Source: Coraliomargarita sp. (GTDB lineage: Bacteria > Verrucomicrobiota > Verrucomicrobiia > Opitutales > Coraliomargaritaceae). From it: a stretch of DNA of 64,000 nt. Of the stretch, positions 42,981 to 52,926 are shown in pieces. The stretch is taken from contig OZ244160.1 of assembly GCA_965216325.1 (NCBI GenBank), forward strand, positions 2,016,001-2,080,000. The letters run 5' to 3'. A program made the position numbers and the translations under genes. Position 1 is the stretch's first letter. Each line of letters opens with the position of its first letter. The notes under the pieces were generated by a model. That model searched no databases and was not told where the DNA came from. It saw only the letters and a list, made by a program, of their open reading frames with translations.

Positions 42981-43919
42981 TTCAGGCTCGTTGTTCTGGT
43001 CTTTACTTGCTGAGGAAGCGGCGGGCTCTGCTGAGGGGTCGTCTCCTTCGGTAGTCGCTTCGTCGACAGGCTCGGTCTTGTCATAGAGCTTATCAATGAT
43101 CTGCTCGCGGCAGTAAGTTTGGAGGCGGAGGATCAGGCCTTCTTGGTTGCTTTGAAGAAGATGGATCAAAAGCATTAGAATGATACTGATGAACAGTGCG
43201 ACGAGGGTGGAGTTGAACGCGACACCCAGTGCGGTGGTCACGCCGGAAATGTCACCCTGCAGGGCTTCATCGGCACGGCGCAGCGCGACACCGATACCGC
43301 GGACAGTGCCAATGAATCCAATCGATGGAATGGCCCAGACTAAGTAACGCAGCATGGAGAGTTCACTCTCTTGTTGTTCCGCGGCGACTTCAAGTCGGCC
43401 CATCATGGTGTCGGTGGCTTCGGGAACGCTGCCGGTCATGTGGTAGCGCTCCAGCCCGCGCGCGATGACATAGGGCAGGATCTTGTTCTTCTGCTCGGGT
43501 TCCGCGCTGAGCTGGTCGACTTGCTTGGAGAGTTCGCTTGCGCGCTGGCGGGAGATGTTGTTTGCCCCGGCTACCAGATCGATCTCCGGACGACTGTCTT
43601 CATCGCTGGGTTCGTAGCGATCCAGCACGCTCGCTTCACCCGTCACTAGGATGAATTTATACACCAAAATCATGACGCCCCAGACCAGCAGGGAAAAGCA
43701 GATCTGTTGTTCGTAGTCCTTGAGTATAACAAAGATATTGGACCATGCGCCTCCGCCACCTTCGACGCCGAGTTCGCTGGCGAGTGCTGTCTTGTTGGCG
43801 GTGGGGCGTATGACCCCTCCATACAGGACGCCTACGAAAATAAATGAGGCAATGAGACCGAGGCTGGAGATGAGGCCTTTGACTGTAAATAGGCCGCGTT
43901 CAGGATTGCGTAAGCTCAT
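42975..43919 (-). CDS. MotA/TolQ/ExbB proton-channel family protein
   Basis: WAIPSIGFIGTVRGI, LGVAFNSTLVAL; about 4 TM segments. Confidence 0.87.
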   Translation of the reverse strand: MSLRNPERGLFTVKGLISSLGLIASFIFVGVLYGGVIRPTANKTALASELGVEGGGGAWSNIFVILKDYEQQICFSLLVWGVMILVYKFILVTGEASVLDRYEPSDEDSRPEIDLVAGANNISRQRASELSKQVDQLSAEPEQKNKILPYVIARGLERYHMTGSVPEATDTMMGRLEVAAEQQESELSMLRYLVWAIPSIGFIGTVRGIGVALRRADEALQGDISGVTTALGVAFNSTLVALFISIILMLLIHLLQSNQEGLILRLQTYCREQIIDKLYDKTEPVDEATTEGDDPSAEPAASSASKDQNNEPES

Positions 43920-44090
43920 GGGTGTGTGGGTCGGTGATTTGCAGAAAACTATCGTTACTTTTCAGAAATAATAAAACAAAATCCCCATTCTGTTGACTCA
44001 TTACAATTGAAACCGGTCCATTGCTTTTTGATTAAATTGACCTGATTCAATACATTGCATTTTCGATCAATTAACTTAGCGTTCCCTACC

Positions 44091-44639
44091 ATGACCAAAA
44101 CTTCCCTCTTCGCGATTTTCTCGGCTTTAGCGCTCCTTGTCTCTGGTTGTAATACTACCTCTAGTGGCACTGGACAGACGACGGGCGCTGTGGGTGGTGC
44201 CATTCTTGGTGGCATTGCGGGCGCACAGATGGGCGATGGTGGAGACGCCAACATTGTTGCGGGTGCGATCATTGGCGGTATTCTCGGTGGTATGGCGGGC
44301 AATCAATACGACAAACGACGTGAGCAACTCGAAGCGGAAGAAGCCCAGCGCCAATACGAGTATGAGCAAGAAGTTGCTGCTCAGGAGAAGCTGGAGCGTG
44401 AGATTGAGGCCTTGGAGAAGAAGCAAGTGCAGGAGGAAATCGCCCGCACGGCGACCGATGCAGATGTCACCGCTGCTGAGCGCGAAGCAGCTCGTTTAGA
44501 GGCGGAGCTGGCCGCCAAGAAGAAGGCTTACGAGGATTCCATTGAACGTGCCGAGCGTATTCAAGATGCCCAGGAGCGCATTGCTCAAGCGCAGAAGGAA
44601 CTCGATGAAATGGAAGCGCGGGAGAACGCAGCGAATTAG
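44091..44639 (+). CDS. glycine-zipper lipoprotein with long coiled coil
   Basis: Lipobox LVSGC, GAVGGAILGGIAG / GAIIGGILGG, E/A/K-rich heptads. Confidence 0.85.
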   Translation: MTKTSLFAIFSALALLVSGCNTTSSGTGQTTGAVGGAILGGIAGAQMGDGGDANIVAGAIIGGILGGMAGNQYDKRREQLEAEEAQRQYEYEQEVAAQEKLEREIEALEKKQVQEEIARTATDADVTAAEREAARLEAELAAKKKAYEDSIERAERIQDAQERIAQAQKELDEMEARENAAN

Positions 44640-44645
44640 ATTTCG

Positions 44646-44759
44646 GTAGGGCAGCCTCACCAAGGCTCCCGCTTGGCATGACTGCTGTTCGCTGATCCAC
44701 AAGTTTTAGTTGCCGTCTTAATATTTAGGCGAACGGCTGTCTCGGTGAGACAGCCCTAC
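44646..44759. repeat. GTAG REPIN (family F), no insert
   Basis: GTAGGGCAGCCTCACCAAGGCT...CGAACGGCTGTCTCGGTGAGACAGCCCTAC. Confidence 0.82.
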
Positions 44760-44763
44760 CAAC

Positions 44764-44798
44764 AAAATAGGCGCCCGGGGTTAACTCGGGCGCCTATT
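44764..44798 (-). terminator. intrinsic terminator
   Basis: AATAGGCGCCCG...CGGGCGCCTATT between convergent genes. Confidence 0.75.
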
Positions 44799-44822
44799 GT
44801 CTGCTAAAGCGAGTGCTCTAGA

Positions 44823-44966
44823 TTACTCGGCTGCTTCTTTCACTGCATCTGCAGCGTCTTCGATAGCGTCCTTGGCTTTGTCTTCATCGCTTTTCGCGCA
44901 GCCGGTTGCAAAACCGCCGAGCATTGCGAGAGAGAGCAGGAGGAGGGCGAGTTGTTTCATTTTCAT
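44823..44966 (-). CDS. small lipoprotein (47 aa)
   Basis: MKMKQ...FATGC lipobox, AAGGGA RBS, acidic Ala-rich helix. Confidence 0.75.
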   Translation of the reverse strand: MKMKQLALLLLSLAMLGGFATGCAKSDEDKAKDAIEDAADAVKEAAE

Positions 44967-45169
44967 GATAGTCCCTTGGTTATGATATACTCCCAGAATT
45001 GAGAGAGCTGTATTCTGCTCAAGAATAAGGGGGAATCCAAGGCTATTCTTGCTATGCATTACGCGGTAAAAGTTAGAGAAATAGCTGTGATTAAGCTCAG
45101 TTGCGCTCAGCCGCTCTTTACGGAAACGATTGACGCGGACCAACTTGGCATCCATCTCAGCACGGCATT

Positions 45170-46237
45170 ATGACGACCACACTTGAAGGCTTGCGCTTTG
45201 GCGCGATTGAAGAGCGACTTACCGCGGCGGGGGTGAACCCTGTGCATGCGAAGCCGTTGTTCAATGCGGTGCACCGTAAGCTGTTGCGTGATGGCTTGGA
45301 TACTCAGGAGTCGATTTTGCCGCCCTTGCAGCGTTGGCTCGCGGCTGAGGGTGCCCCGGCCTTTTGCTCGATCGAACAGGTAGACGAGACGCCCAGCAGT
45401 GATGGCTATACCCATAAGTATCTACTGAAGCTTGGTGATGGCCGCGAAGTGGAGTCCGTGCAGATGGGCTTTCCCGGGCGTTTTACTGCCTGCCTGAGCA
45501 CGCAGGTGGGCTGTGCAATGGGCTGTGTCTTTTGCGCCACGGGCAAAATGGGCTTTTCGCGGAATTTGACTGCCGGCGAGATTGTGGCTCAGGCACTGCA
45601 CGTTGAGCGGCAGCTCCGCGCCAATCATGGCGATCGCCTGCGTAATCTGGTGATGATGGGCATGGGCGAGCCCTTGCATAACTATGAGCCAATGATGGAG
45701 GCTTTGGATATCCTGACGGATACCCGTGGGCTGAATATTGGCCCTGCGCGTGTGGCGATCAGCACGGTGGGCTATCTACCTGGCATCAAGAAATTGATGC
45801 ACCATCCCAAGCGCTATTCACTAGCGGTGAGTTTGCATGGCGCGAGTGATGAGGAGCGTGGAAAGTTGATTCCGATCAATAAGCGTTGGCCGCTTGCTGA
45901 GCTGTTGGAGACTTGCCGAGAGTATTCCGCGACCAAGCGTGCGCGCGTGTTCTTTGCCTGGACCTTGATCAAGAATGTTAATGACAGTGATGACCATGCG
46001 CATCGACTTGCCAATTTGTTAAAGGGCATGGATGCACACGTGAATCTGATTCCGCTCAATCCGACTGAGGACTTCGACGGGCAGGCGCCTGACGAAGCGC
46101 GTGTGCGGGCTTTCCAGCAGATCATTCAGGATGCCGGACTGCCAAGCACGGTGCGCCAGCGTCGCGGTATCGACGTCGCTGCTGGTTGCGGTCAGCTCAA
46201 GGCGAAGAAGGTGGCTCGGCCAGCGACTCGCTGCTAA
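45170..46237 (+). CDS. rlmN: 23S rRNA A2503 radical-SAM methyltransferase RlmN family
   Basis: CxxxCxxC (CAMGCVFC), MGMGEPL, SLH, AGCGQL. Confidence 0.92.
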   Translation: MTTTLEGLRFGAIEERLTAAGVNPVHAKPLFNAVHRKLLRDGLDTQESILPPLQRWLAAEGAPAFCSIEQVDETPSSDGYTHKYLLKLGDGREVESVQMGFPGRFTACLSTQVGCAMGCVFCATGKMGFSRNLTAGEIVAQALHVERQLRANHGDRLRNLVMMGMGEPLHNYEPMMEALDILTDTRGLNIGPARVAISTVGYLPGIKKLMHHPKRYSLAVSLHGASDEERGKLIPINKRWPLAELLETCREYSATKRARVFFAWTLIKNVNDSDDHAHRLANLLKGMDAHVNLIPLNPTEDFDGQAPDEARVRAFQQIIQDAGLPSTVRQRRGIDVAAGCGQLKAKKVARPATRC

Positions 46238-46550
46238 TCGTGTAGGGCTGGTCGGTTCATCTGTAGAGTAGACTTGGTGATCGAGTATGATGAGTGATCT
46301 CATGGGCTGTGGGCCCTCCGAGCCAAAATTGCTGCCGGGTCTTCGGTGCTCTAGATTGCCGGCTTGGTGGTAGTGAATACTTCCTTGGATCACGACCGCA
46401 CGGAAGTGCGAGCCAAGTTGAGTGGTTGGCACTCGCCATCGGAGGCGAGGATGATCTCAACCGGTTTCATTGTTAGCTGCAGCTAACTGGTCAGGGAGCG
46501 CGAATGCTACCGTGAGGATTGCGGTCTTGGTCATTGCTTGGAGTCGCTTG

Positions 46551-47564
46551 TTAAAATCCGCTGAGCACATTCTTGCCAATGACTCGGCCGCTCTCCTGTT
46601 GGGTGTGTGCTTCTTTCAATGTTTCAACGCTGAGGCTGCCGAGCTTGCTGGTGACGGTTGATTGCAGTGTGCCATCGTCGAGTAGCACCGAAATGCGGTT
46701 GAGTAGCTCGTGTTGCTTTGTGATGTCGCTGGTTTGGAACATCGAGCGGGCGAACATGAACTCCCAGCGCAGGCTGAGTGATTTGAGCTTCAGGGCATTG
46801 GCATCCAGAGTCTCGGGGTCATCGATTAGCGCGATTTGGCCGCGTGGTTGGATGAGTTGGATGATTGCAGGAAAATGGCCTTCGGTGCCGTTGAGTGAGG
46901 CGACATATTTGGGTTGGATCTTGAGTGCGGCTATTTGCTCGACGAGTGACTCGCGATGATTGATCACGTGGTCGGCTCCCATTTTCGTGACCCAGTCGAT
47001 GGTGTCTGGGCGTGAGGCAGTCGCAATGACGGTCAGTTGAGTGAGTTTTTTCGCGAGTTGGATGAGGATCGATCCGACCCCGCCAGCACCGCCGATGATG
47101 AGGAGGGCCTCGCCCTTGCCTCCGCCTTCTGAGAGATCCAGTGACTCGAACAGTAGTTCCCACGCGGTAATCGAGGTGAGTGGCATCCCTGCAGCCTCGG
47201 CAAAGTTCAATGATGCGGGCTTCTTGCCGACGATGCGCTCATCAACTGCGTGAAGCTCTGAATTGGTGCCGGGGCGCGTAATGTCACCCGCGTAGAAGAC
47301 TTCGTCACCGACCTTGAAGAGGCGGACCTCGCTGCCCACTTCGCGGACGATTCCAGCGGCATCGTAGCCGATGATTTTGGTTTGGCCGGGCTCCGGGCCC
47401 ATTTTCGGACGAGTGCGGACTTTGACGTCTACAGGGTTGACCGAGATGCCCCTTACTTCCACCAGCAGGTCGCGAGGCCCGAATTCCGGTGTTTGGGCAT
47501 CAAATTCGATGAGAGAATCAGGGGCCGTGATTGGGCCGGTTTGTTTGTATCCAATCGCTTTCAT
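46551..47564 (-). CDS. zinc-type alcohol dehydrogenase-like / quinone oxidoreductase
   Basis: [39 protein letters not shown]. Confidence 0.92.
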   Translation of the reverse strand: MKAIGYKQTGPITAPDSLIEFDAQTPEFGPRDLLVEVRGISVNPVDVKVRTRPKMGPEPGQTKIIGYDAAGIVREVGSEVRLFKVGDEVFYAGDITRPGTNSELHAVDERIVGKKPASLNFAEAAGMPLTSITAWELLFESLDLSEGGGKGEALLIIGGAGGVGSILIQLAKKLTQLTVIATASRPDTIDWVTKMGADHVINHRESLVEQIAALKIQPKYVASLNGTEGHFPAIIQLIQPRGQIALIDDPETLDANALKLKSLSLRWEFMFARSMFQTSDITKQHELLNRISVLLDDGTLQSTVTSKLGSLSVETLKEAHTQQESGRVIGKNVLSGF

Positions 47565-47692
47565 TGTGCTATGCATATGCAGTTTTGTGAAATACGCATC
47601 CATGGAGTTCACATTTGGGCCTTTTTTGTTTGCGCTTGGTTCAGCAGCTTCGATGCTCCGCAGATGCTAATAGGCCTGTTTTTTTTGGGCGC

Positions 47693-47730
47693 AAAAAAAG
47701 CCCGCAAGTGTCTGACTTGCAGGCTTTTTT
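47693..47730. terminator. terminator downstream of tRNA-Lys
   Basis: AAAAAAGCCCGCAAGT...ACTTGCAGGCTTTTTT. Confidence 0.75.
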
Positions 47731-47735
47731 AGAAC

Positions 47736-47811
<76 letters not shown>

Positions 47812-47904
47812 CCGTTCTTGTGAGAAGCGAAGGACCAAAGGCCTCTGCTCGGGCTTTGTCAAGGATAGGAAATCAAGATTTTTTCATTTTGAACGTCTTT
47901 TGCT

Positions 47905-47933
47905 GGAACAAATCTAAGGTTTCAACGATCTAG
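47905..47933 (+). promoter_or_regulatory. ECF (RpoE-like) promoter candidate
   Basis: GGAACAA-N17-TCTAG just upstream of the ECF sigma gene. Confidence 0.45.
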
Positions 47934-47953
47934 TTTATCGAGAACCTTTCACC

Positions 47954-48556
47954 ATGACTACAAAATCAGAATCCGCACTACGCGACGAGCTCCTCATCCA
48001 GCGCATCAAGCAGGGGGAAGCCGCCGCATACAATGATATGGTCGATTGCTATTGGGACCGTATTTTCGCGCGCGTGCATAGTCTGCTAAAGAATAAGCAG
48101 GATGCTGAGGAGGTGACTCAGGACGCTTTTATCCGTGCACACCGTGGTCTCGAAAATTTCCGTGGCGACGCATCGTTTTCCACATGGCTGTATCAAATCG
48201 CAACCAATCTGGCTCACAATCGCTACTGGTATTGGTTCCGCCGCAAGCGTGATCAGTCGATTTCTCTGGATCAGCCTCTGTCCGATGACGGCGCATTGAC
48301 CCTTGAGAATGTGATGCCGGCTGCCGGGGAATCACCTGCTGAAGCTGCCGTGACGCAAGAGTTCGTGGATCGTGTTTCGGACTGTATGTCCGGGCTCAAC
48401 GAGAAGCACCGTGAGGTCTTGCTGTTGCGCAACGTGCACAATTTGTCCTATGAGGACATTGCCAATGAGTTGGATATCAGTGTCGGCACCGTGAAGAGCC
48501 GTATTGCCCGTGCGCGTGAAAGTCTGCGCGAGTTGATGGGCCGTGAGTTTGCATGA
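47954..48556 (+). CDS. ECF RNA polymerase sigma factor
   Basis: DAEEVTQDAF, FSTWLYQIATN, SYEDIA...GTVKSRIARAR. Confidence 0.95.
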   Translation: MTTKSESALRDELLIQRIKQGEAAAYNDMVDCYWDRIFARVHSLLKNKQDAEEVTQDAFIRAHRGLENFRGDASFSTWLYQIATNLAHNRYWYWFRRKRDQSISLDQPLSDDGALTLENVMPAAGESPAEAAVTQEFVDRVSDCMSGLNEKHREVLLLRNVHNLSYEDIANELDISVGTVKSRIARARESLRELMGREFA

Positions 48557-49245
48557 CAGATGAGAAGTTCAGAGAACTTGTAAACCTTTATCTCGACAAG
48601 GAGATTGACTCCGCAGAGATGGAGTTGTTGCAGGCCACGATCAGCTCCGACGCTGCACGCCAGCGGGAGTTTGATACGTCGTGTCGTTTGCATTATGCAA
48701 TGCGCTCTGCGCTGGAGACCGAAGTCGCAAGCAATGAAAAAGCCTGTTCGCTCAGTCGGAATCGCACTTGCTGGATTGTGGGGCTCGGTATGGCGGCGAG
48801 TTTTGTGCTGGGGGGCGTGCTGTTGAAGCCTCTGCTCACTGATCCGAGTGGTTTAAGTGAGGCGGAGGTGCAGGACGCGCTACACTCGGCTGAGTTGTTG
48901 CAGCAGCGCCGGGGGCACTTTGATCGTTATATGGCGGTTCAGCGTGAGCAGGCACAGCAGGCCTGCGGGCTGGCGGCCAAGCTGCGGTTATTGGGGCTTG
49001 GGCCTGAGTCGGTGCCTAGTGATTATCAAATGCAGCCTGTGGATCTGACAGTTAATCGGGTTCACCTTGAGTGGGTCGGTAATGAGCCGCATTGGACGAT
49101 TGAGCGTATCCATCGCGTTGGTATTGATGCGATTCATCCTCATGCTGTCATTCGCATCGAGCGTAGCTCAGTGCCGGCACCACTGATGCCGGACTTTTTC
49201 GTTGCCGACGATTATGCGGGCGGCTTCGGGGATATTGGTCAGTAG
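48553..49245 (+). CDS. putative anti-sigma factor
   Basis: Overlaps the sigma stop (ATGA), LVNLYLD.E N-terminal domain, single TM. Confidence 0.7.
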   Translation: MTDEKFRELVNLYLDKEIDSAEMELLQATISSDAARQREFDTSCRLHYAMRSALETEVASNEKACSLSRNRTCWIVGLGMAASFVLGGVLLKPLLTDPSGLSEAEVQDALHSAELLQQRRGHFDRYMAVQREQAQQACGLAAKLRLLGLGPESVPSDYQMQPVDLTVNRVHLEWVGNEPHWTIERIHRVGIDAIHPHAVIRIERSSVPAPLMPDFFVADDYAGGFGDIGQ

Positions 49246-49324
49246 GTGCGGGGCGGCTTAGCTTAGTCCTTTGGGTGGCAATTGTCGTAGGGGCGCGGAT
49301 CGTAGAGTCGTCGATGCCCAGCTT

Positions 49325-49930
49325 TTAGGACAGGGCTAAGCGAATCAGGTCTTCGACGCTGGCATCTGCAGCAGCTTTGCTACTTGCTTTGCGCACCAGT
49401 TTATCGGCATCGGCGGGTTTGTAGCCGAGTGTAATTAAGCTGGCTACCGCGTCTTGGAAACTGCTTGGTGTCGCTGAGCTGTTCGTTTTCGGCGACTCAT
49501 TGCTTTCAACCGGTGTGCTGCCTTCCGCGAAGACTTTGTCCTTCAATTCGATGACTAGGCGTTCGGCGGTCTTCTTGCCAATTCCCGGGCATTTTGAAAG
49601 TAGGGCGATGTCGGAACTGGCGATCGCACTGCGCAGCACGTCTACCGACATCCTACTGAGGATGCTGATGCCGATCTTGGGCCCAATTCCGGAGACGCGC
49701 TCAACCAGTAGGCGGAAGAAGTCACGATCGGTGCGGCTGGCAAAGCCGTAGAGTGTGGCACTGTCTTCCCGGTAGACTGAGTGCACAAATAGGCTGCACT
49801 CCTGGCCTATGGCAGGGACACGTTCGGCAGTGGTTACGGGAATGTGAACTTCGTAGCCCAAACCGCCGGCTTCCAGCACGACGAGTAGTGGTGTCGATTC
49901 AAGAACGGTGCCTTTGATGCGAGCGATCAA
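49325..49930 (-). CDS. ruvA: Holliday junction branch migration protein RuvA
   Basis: GLGYEV, REDSATLYGF, VSGIGPK, PGIGKKTAERL. Confidence 0.96.
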   Translation of the reverse strand: MIARIKGTVLESTPLLVVLEAGGLGYEVHIPVTTAERVPAIGQECSLFVHSVYREDSATLYGFASRTDRDFFRLLVERVSGIGPKIGISILSRMSVDVLRSAIASSDIALLSKCPGIGKKTAERLVIELKDKVFAEGSTPVESNESPKTNSSATPSSFQDAVASLITLGYKPADADKLVRKASSKAAADASVEDLIRLALS

Positions 49931-50027
49931 TTCTTAAGTGGAAAGGTGTGAAGGTGGGAAAGTGGAAAGGTGCTGACTTTTTACTTTTTATACTTTGCGA
50001 CATTCAAACATTCGCCGAAGGCGGACG

Positions 50028-50765
50028 CTAGTCTGTCAGTCCGAGCACGTCTTCCATGTTGTAGATGCCTGGCGCTTTGCCGACTGCCCAATGTGCTGCC
50101 CGCACGGAGCCTTGAGCAAAGATCTTGCGATCGGTCGCACGGTGGGTGAGCTCGATGCGCTCGCCGTCGCCACAGAAGTAAACGGTGTGCTCGCCGACGA
50201 TGTCGCCACCGCGGATGGCGTGGACGCCAATTTCTTTACGTGGGCGTGCGCCGACAAGGCCTTCGCGGCCGTGCACAACTTGGTCTTTGCCGAGTTCGTA
50301 AGCGTCGCGCAGGATTTCAATTAGACGCTCAGCGGTGCCGCTTGGTGCGTCCTTCTTGTGGTGGTGGTGCATCTCGAGCACTTCCGGCTCGTATTGCTCG
50401 CCCAAGATGGTCGCAGCCTTGCGGGTCAAGTAGTTGAGTGTGTTGACGCCGACGGAGTAGTTGCCGGCCCAAACGACAGGGATTTTGCCTTCAACCGCTT
50501 GAAGAATCTCGGCGCGCTCTTCGTCGGTGTGGCCGGTCGTACCGATAACCAGCGGTAGCTTGTGCTCCGCTGCAAGTTTGGCGATGCCTGCAGTCACTTC
50601 ATGGAAGCTGAAGTCGATGATGGCGTCACACTCGGCGACGGTAAGAGATGGGTCGTCACCAGCATCACATGCAGAGTGGATGACTGCGTCGTTGGCTTCG
50701 GCGACATTGATGATGGCCACGCCCATGCGGCCACGTGAACCATTGAGAAGAATCTTAAGAGGCAT
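50028..50765 (-). CDS. dapB: 4-hydroxy-tetrahydrodipicolinate reductase
   Basis: GSRGRMG, GTTG, EMHHHHKKDAPSGTA, RGGDIVGEH. Confidence 0.97.
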   Translation of the reverse strand: MPLKILLNGSRGRMGVAIINVAEANDAVIHSACDAGDDPSLTVAECDAIIDFSFHEVTAGIAKLAAEHKLPLVIGTTGHTDEERAEILQAVEGKIPVVWAGNYSVGVNTLNYLTRKAATILGEQYEPEVLEMHHHHKKDAPSGTAERLIEILRDAYELGKDQVVHGREGLVGARPRKEIGVHAIRGGDIVGEHTVYFCGDGERIELTHRATDRKIFAQGSVRAAHWAVGKAPGIYNMEDVLGLTD

Positions 50766-50803
50766 TCGAAAGTGATGGTGAAGGTGAGAGTTGGGAAGGC
50801 GTG

Positions 50804-51697
50804 TTACTTTACAAGGCCCAGCTCGGCGAGGAGTGGATCCAGCACTGCCTTGGTCGGCTCGGTGATCGGGCTCAATGGCAGGCGGACTTCGTCAGATCCG
50901 ATGATATCCGCTTGCTTGAGTGCATACTTGATCGGTACCGGGTTTGGCTCGAGGAAGATCGCCTTGAAGAGCGGGTAATACTTCAGGAACGTTTCGCGTG
51001 CGGCGCTGTAGTTGCCGGCGTTGGCATCGGCGACCATTTTAACGAGTGGTGCGACGACGAGGTTGGACGCAACGCTGATCACACCAGTTGCGCCAGCAGA
51101 CATGAATGGTAGAGTGAGGCCATCGTCGCCGCTCATTACGGCGTAGTCGGGGCCAAGTGTGCGCACGTAGTCGATGACCTTCTCGCAGGAGCCTTCTGCA
51201 GCCTTCATGCAGCACACGTGCGGATACTTTTCGTAAAGTCGTGCGGTGACGTCGACGGAAATTTCGATGCCACAGCGGCCTGGGATCGAATAAAGAATGA
51301 TCGGCTTTTCGGTGACTTCAGCGATTTGGCTGAAGTGGAGGAAGAGGCCTTCTTGGCTAGGCTTGTTGTAGTAGGGCGCCACTACCAGGAAGCCGTCTGC
51401 CCCAGCAGCCTCGGCTTCGCGTGTCAGTTCGACCGCTTCAGCAGTCGAGTTGGAGCCGGTTCCGGCATAGACGGGCACCTTACCGGATGCGGCGCTGACA
51501 GTCGCGCGGATGACGTCGAGGTGCTCCTGGGTGTCGAGTGTCGGGGATTCGCCCGTGGTGCCGACGGATACTAGGCCATCAATGCCGCCTGCGAGTTGGT
51601 GCGCGATGAGTGCGTTCAGATCATCGTAAGCAACTGCGCCGTCGCGCATGGGTGTCGCCAGTGCGGTGAAAACGCCTGAGAATTGATTTGTGTTCAT
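50804..51697 (-). CDS. dapA: 4-hydroxy-tetrahydrodipicolinate synthase
   Basis: GTTGESPTL, PYYNKP, LYSIPGR, SGDD, NPVPIK. Confidence 0.96.
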   Translation of the reverse strand: MNTNQFSGVFTALATPMRDGAVAYDDLNALIAHQLAGGIDGLVSVGTTGESPTLDTQEHLDVIRATVSAASGKVPVYAGTGSNSTAEAVELTREAEAAGADGFLVVAPYYNKPSQEGLFLHFSQIAEVTEKPIILYSIPGRCGIEISVDVTARLYEKYPHVCCMKAAEGSCEKVIDYVRTLGPDYAVMSGDDGLTLPFMSAGATGVISVASNLVVAPLVKMVADANAGNYSAARETFLKYYPLFKAIFLEPNPVPIKYALKQADIIGSDEVRLPLSPITEPTKAVLDPLLAELGLVK

Positions 51698-51817
51698 GGT
51701 CACTGCTGAAAAGATTGTGGCCAGTAGAGGATGCTGGCCAGTTAAGTTCTAACAAGGTCGATATCGTTCTGCTTGTTCAACAGTAAATTTTGCCCTGAAC
51801 CTTCAAACTTCTTACCG

Positions 51818-52918
51818 ATGGCTATTCTTGACACCATTCAAGGTCTTCTGGCGCTCGCAGTTGAAAACGGCGCGAGTGATATTCACATCAAATCGAACAA
51901 GCCAGCTTGTCTACGGATGAGTGGCCACTTGGAGCCGGTTGAAATGGATGCGGTTTCTCCGGACGATGTCCGTGAGTTTATTGAACAAACTGTCCCGGAG
52001 CAGTTCTACGATGACTGGGTGAAGAATCGCCAAGTCGACTATTCCTACTCGATCGAGAATATCGGGCGCTTTCGTGTGAACGGTTTCCTGCAGCGTGGCA
52101 GTCCGGGTGTGGTACTGCGCCATGTGAATGATAACCCACCTACGTTCGAACAGCTCAACATCGATGGCCCGATTCTGTCCAAGCTTTGCCAGCAGAAAGA
52201 TGGTATCGTTCTACTCTGTGGTGCGACTGGTTCGGGTAAGAGTTCTACGTTGGCAGCGATGATCAACTTTATCAACCAGACGGCGGACAAGCATATCGTC
52301 ACACTGGAAGATCCGATCGAGTATACCTATACGGATATCAAATCGATTATCAATCAGCGTGAGGTCGGTATTGACTGCCCGAGTTTTGCGCACGGCATGA
52401 AGGCGGTGCTGCGTCAGGATCCAGATGTGATTCTGGTCGGTGAGATGCGTGACCAGGCCACCTTTGAGACTGCGCTACAGGCATCGGAGACTGGTCACTT
52501 GGTGTTTGGCACCTTACACGCATCCAGTGCGCAGCAAGCGGTGCAGCGCCTCTTTGAATTCTTTCCGCCAGAGCGTAAGGTTGCCTTGCAGCGTCAGGTT
52601 GCGGGGGCTTTGCGGGCGACGATTACTCAACAGCTTTTGCCGGCGCTTGAGGGTGGCGGCCGTATCCCTATTTCTGAGGCCTTCATTCTGGATTCTTTGG
52701 GCCGTAAGACGATCCAAGAGGGCACTTTTGATAAGATTGAAGCGGTCATCGAAGCAGGCGAAGACAATGGGTCAAAGACTTTTAATAAGGACCTCTTCAA
52801 CCGTGTTAAAGCGGGGCAGATTTCTAAGGATGTCGCTCTGAAGGCGTCGCCTAATCCACGTCAGTTGGAGATGAACCTGAAGGGGATCTTCCTCAGCTCG
52901 GGCGGTATTGTGCAGTAG
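51818..52918 (+). CDS. PilT/PilU-family type IV pilus ATPase
   Basis: ASDIHI, GATGSGKS, TLEDPIE, LRQDPDVILVGEMRD, GHLVFGTLH. Confidence 0.93.
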   Translation: MAILDTIQGLLALAVENGASDIHIKSNKPACLRMSGHLEPVEMDAVSPDDVREFIEQTVPEQFYDDWVKNRQVDYSYSIENIGRFRVNGFLQRGSPGVVLRHVNDNPPTFEQLNIDGPILSKLCQQKDGIVLLCGATGSGKSSTLAAMINFINQTADKHIVTLEDPIEYTYTDIKSIINQREVGIDCPSFAHGMKAVLRQDPDVILVGEMRDQATFETALQASETGHLVFGTLHASSAQQAVQRLFEFFPPERKVALQRQVAGALRATITQQLLPALEGGGRIPISEAFILDSLGRKTIQEGTFDKIEAVIEAGEDNGSKTFNKDLFNRVKAGQISKDVALKASPNPRQLEMNLKGIFLSSGGIVQ

Positions 52919-52926
52919 TTGACGAC

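Noticed and set aside
40739..43919. Calling the MotA + vWA cluster a Zorya defence system
   Set aside because: No OmpA-like ZorB domain, no long ZorA tail and no ZorC/D/E effectors nearby
46238..46550. Small gene or pseudogene between rlmN and the oxidoreductase
   Set aside because: Only short interrupted frames with no recognisable motif; cannot be supported
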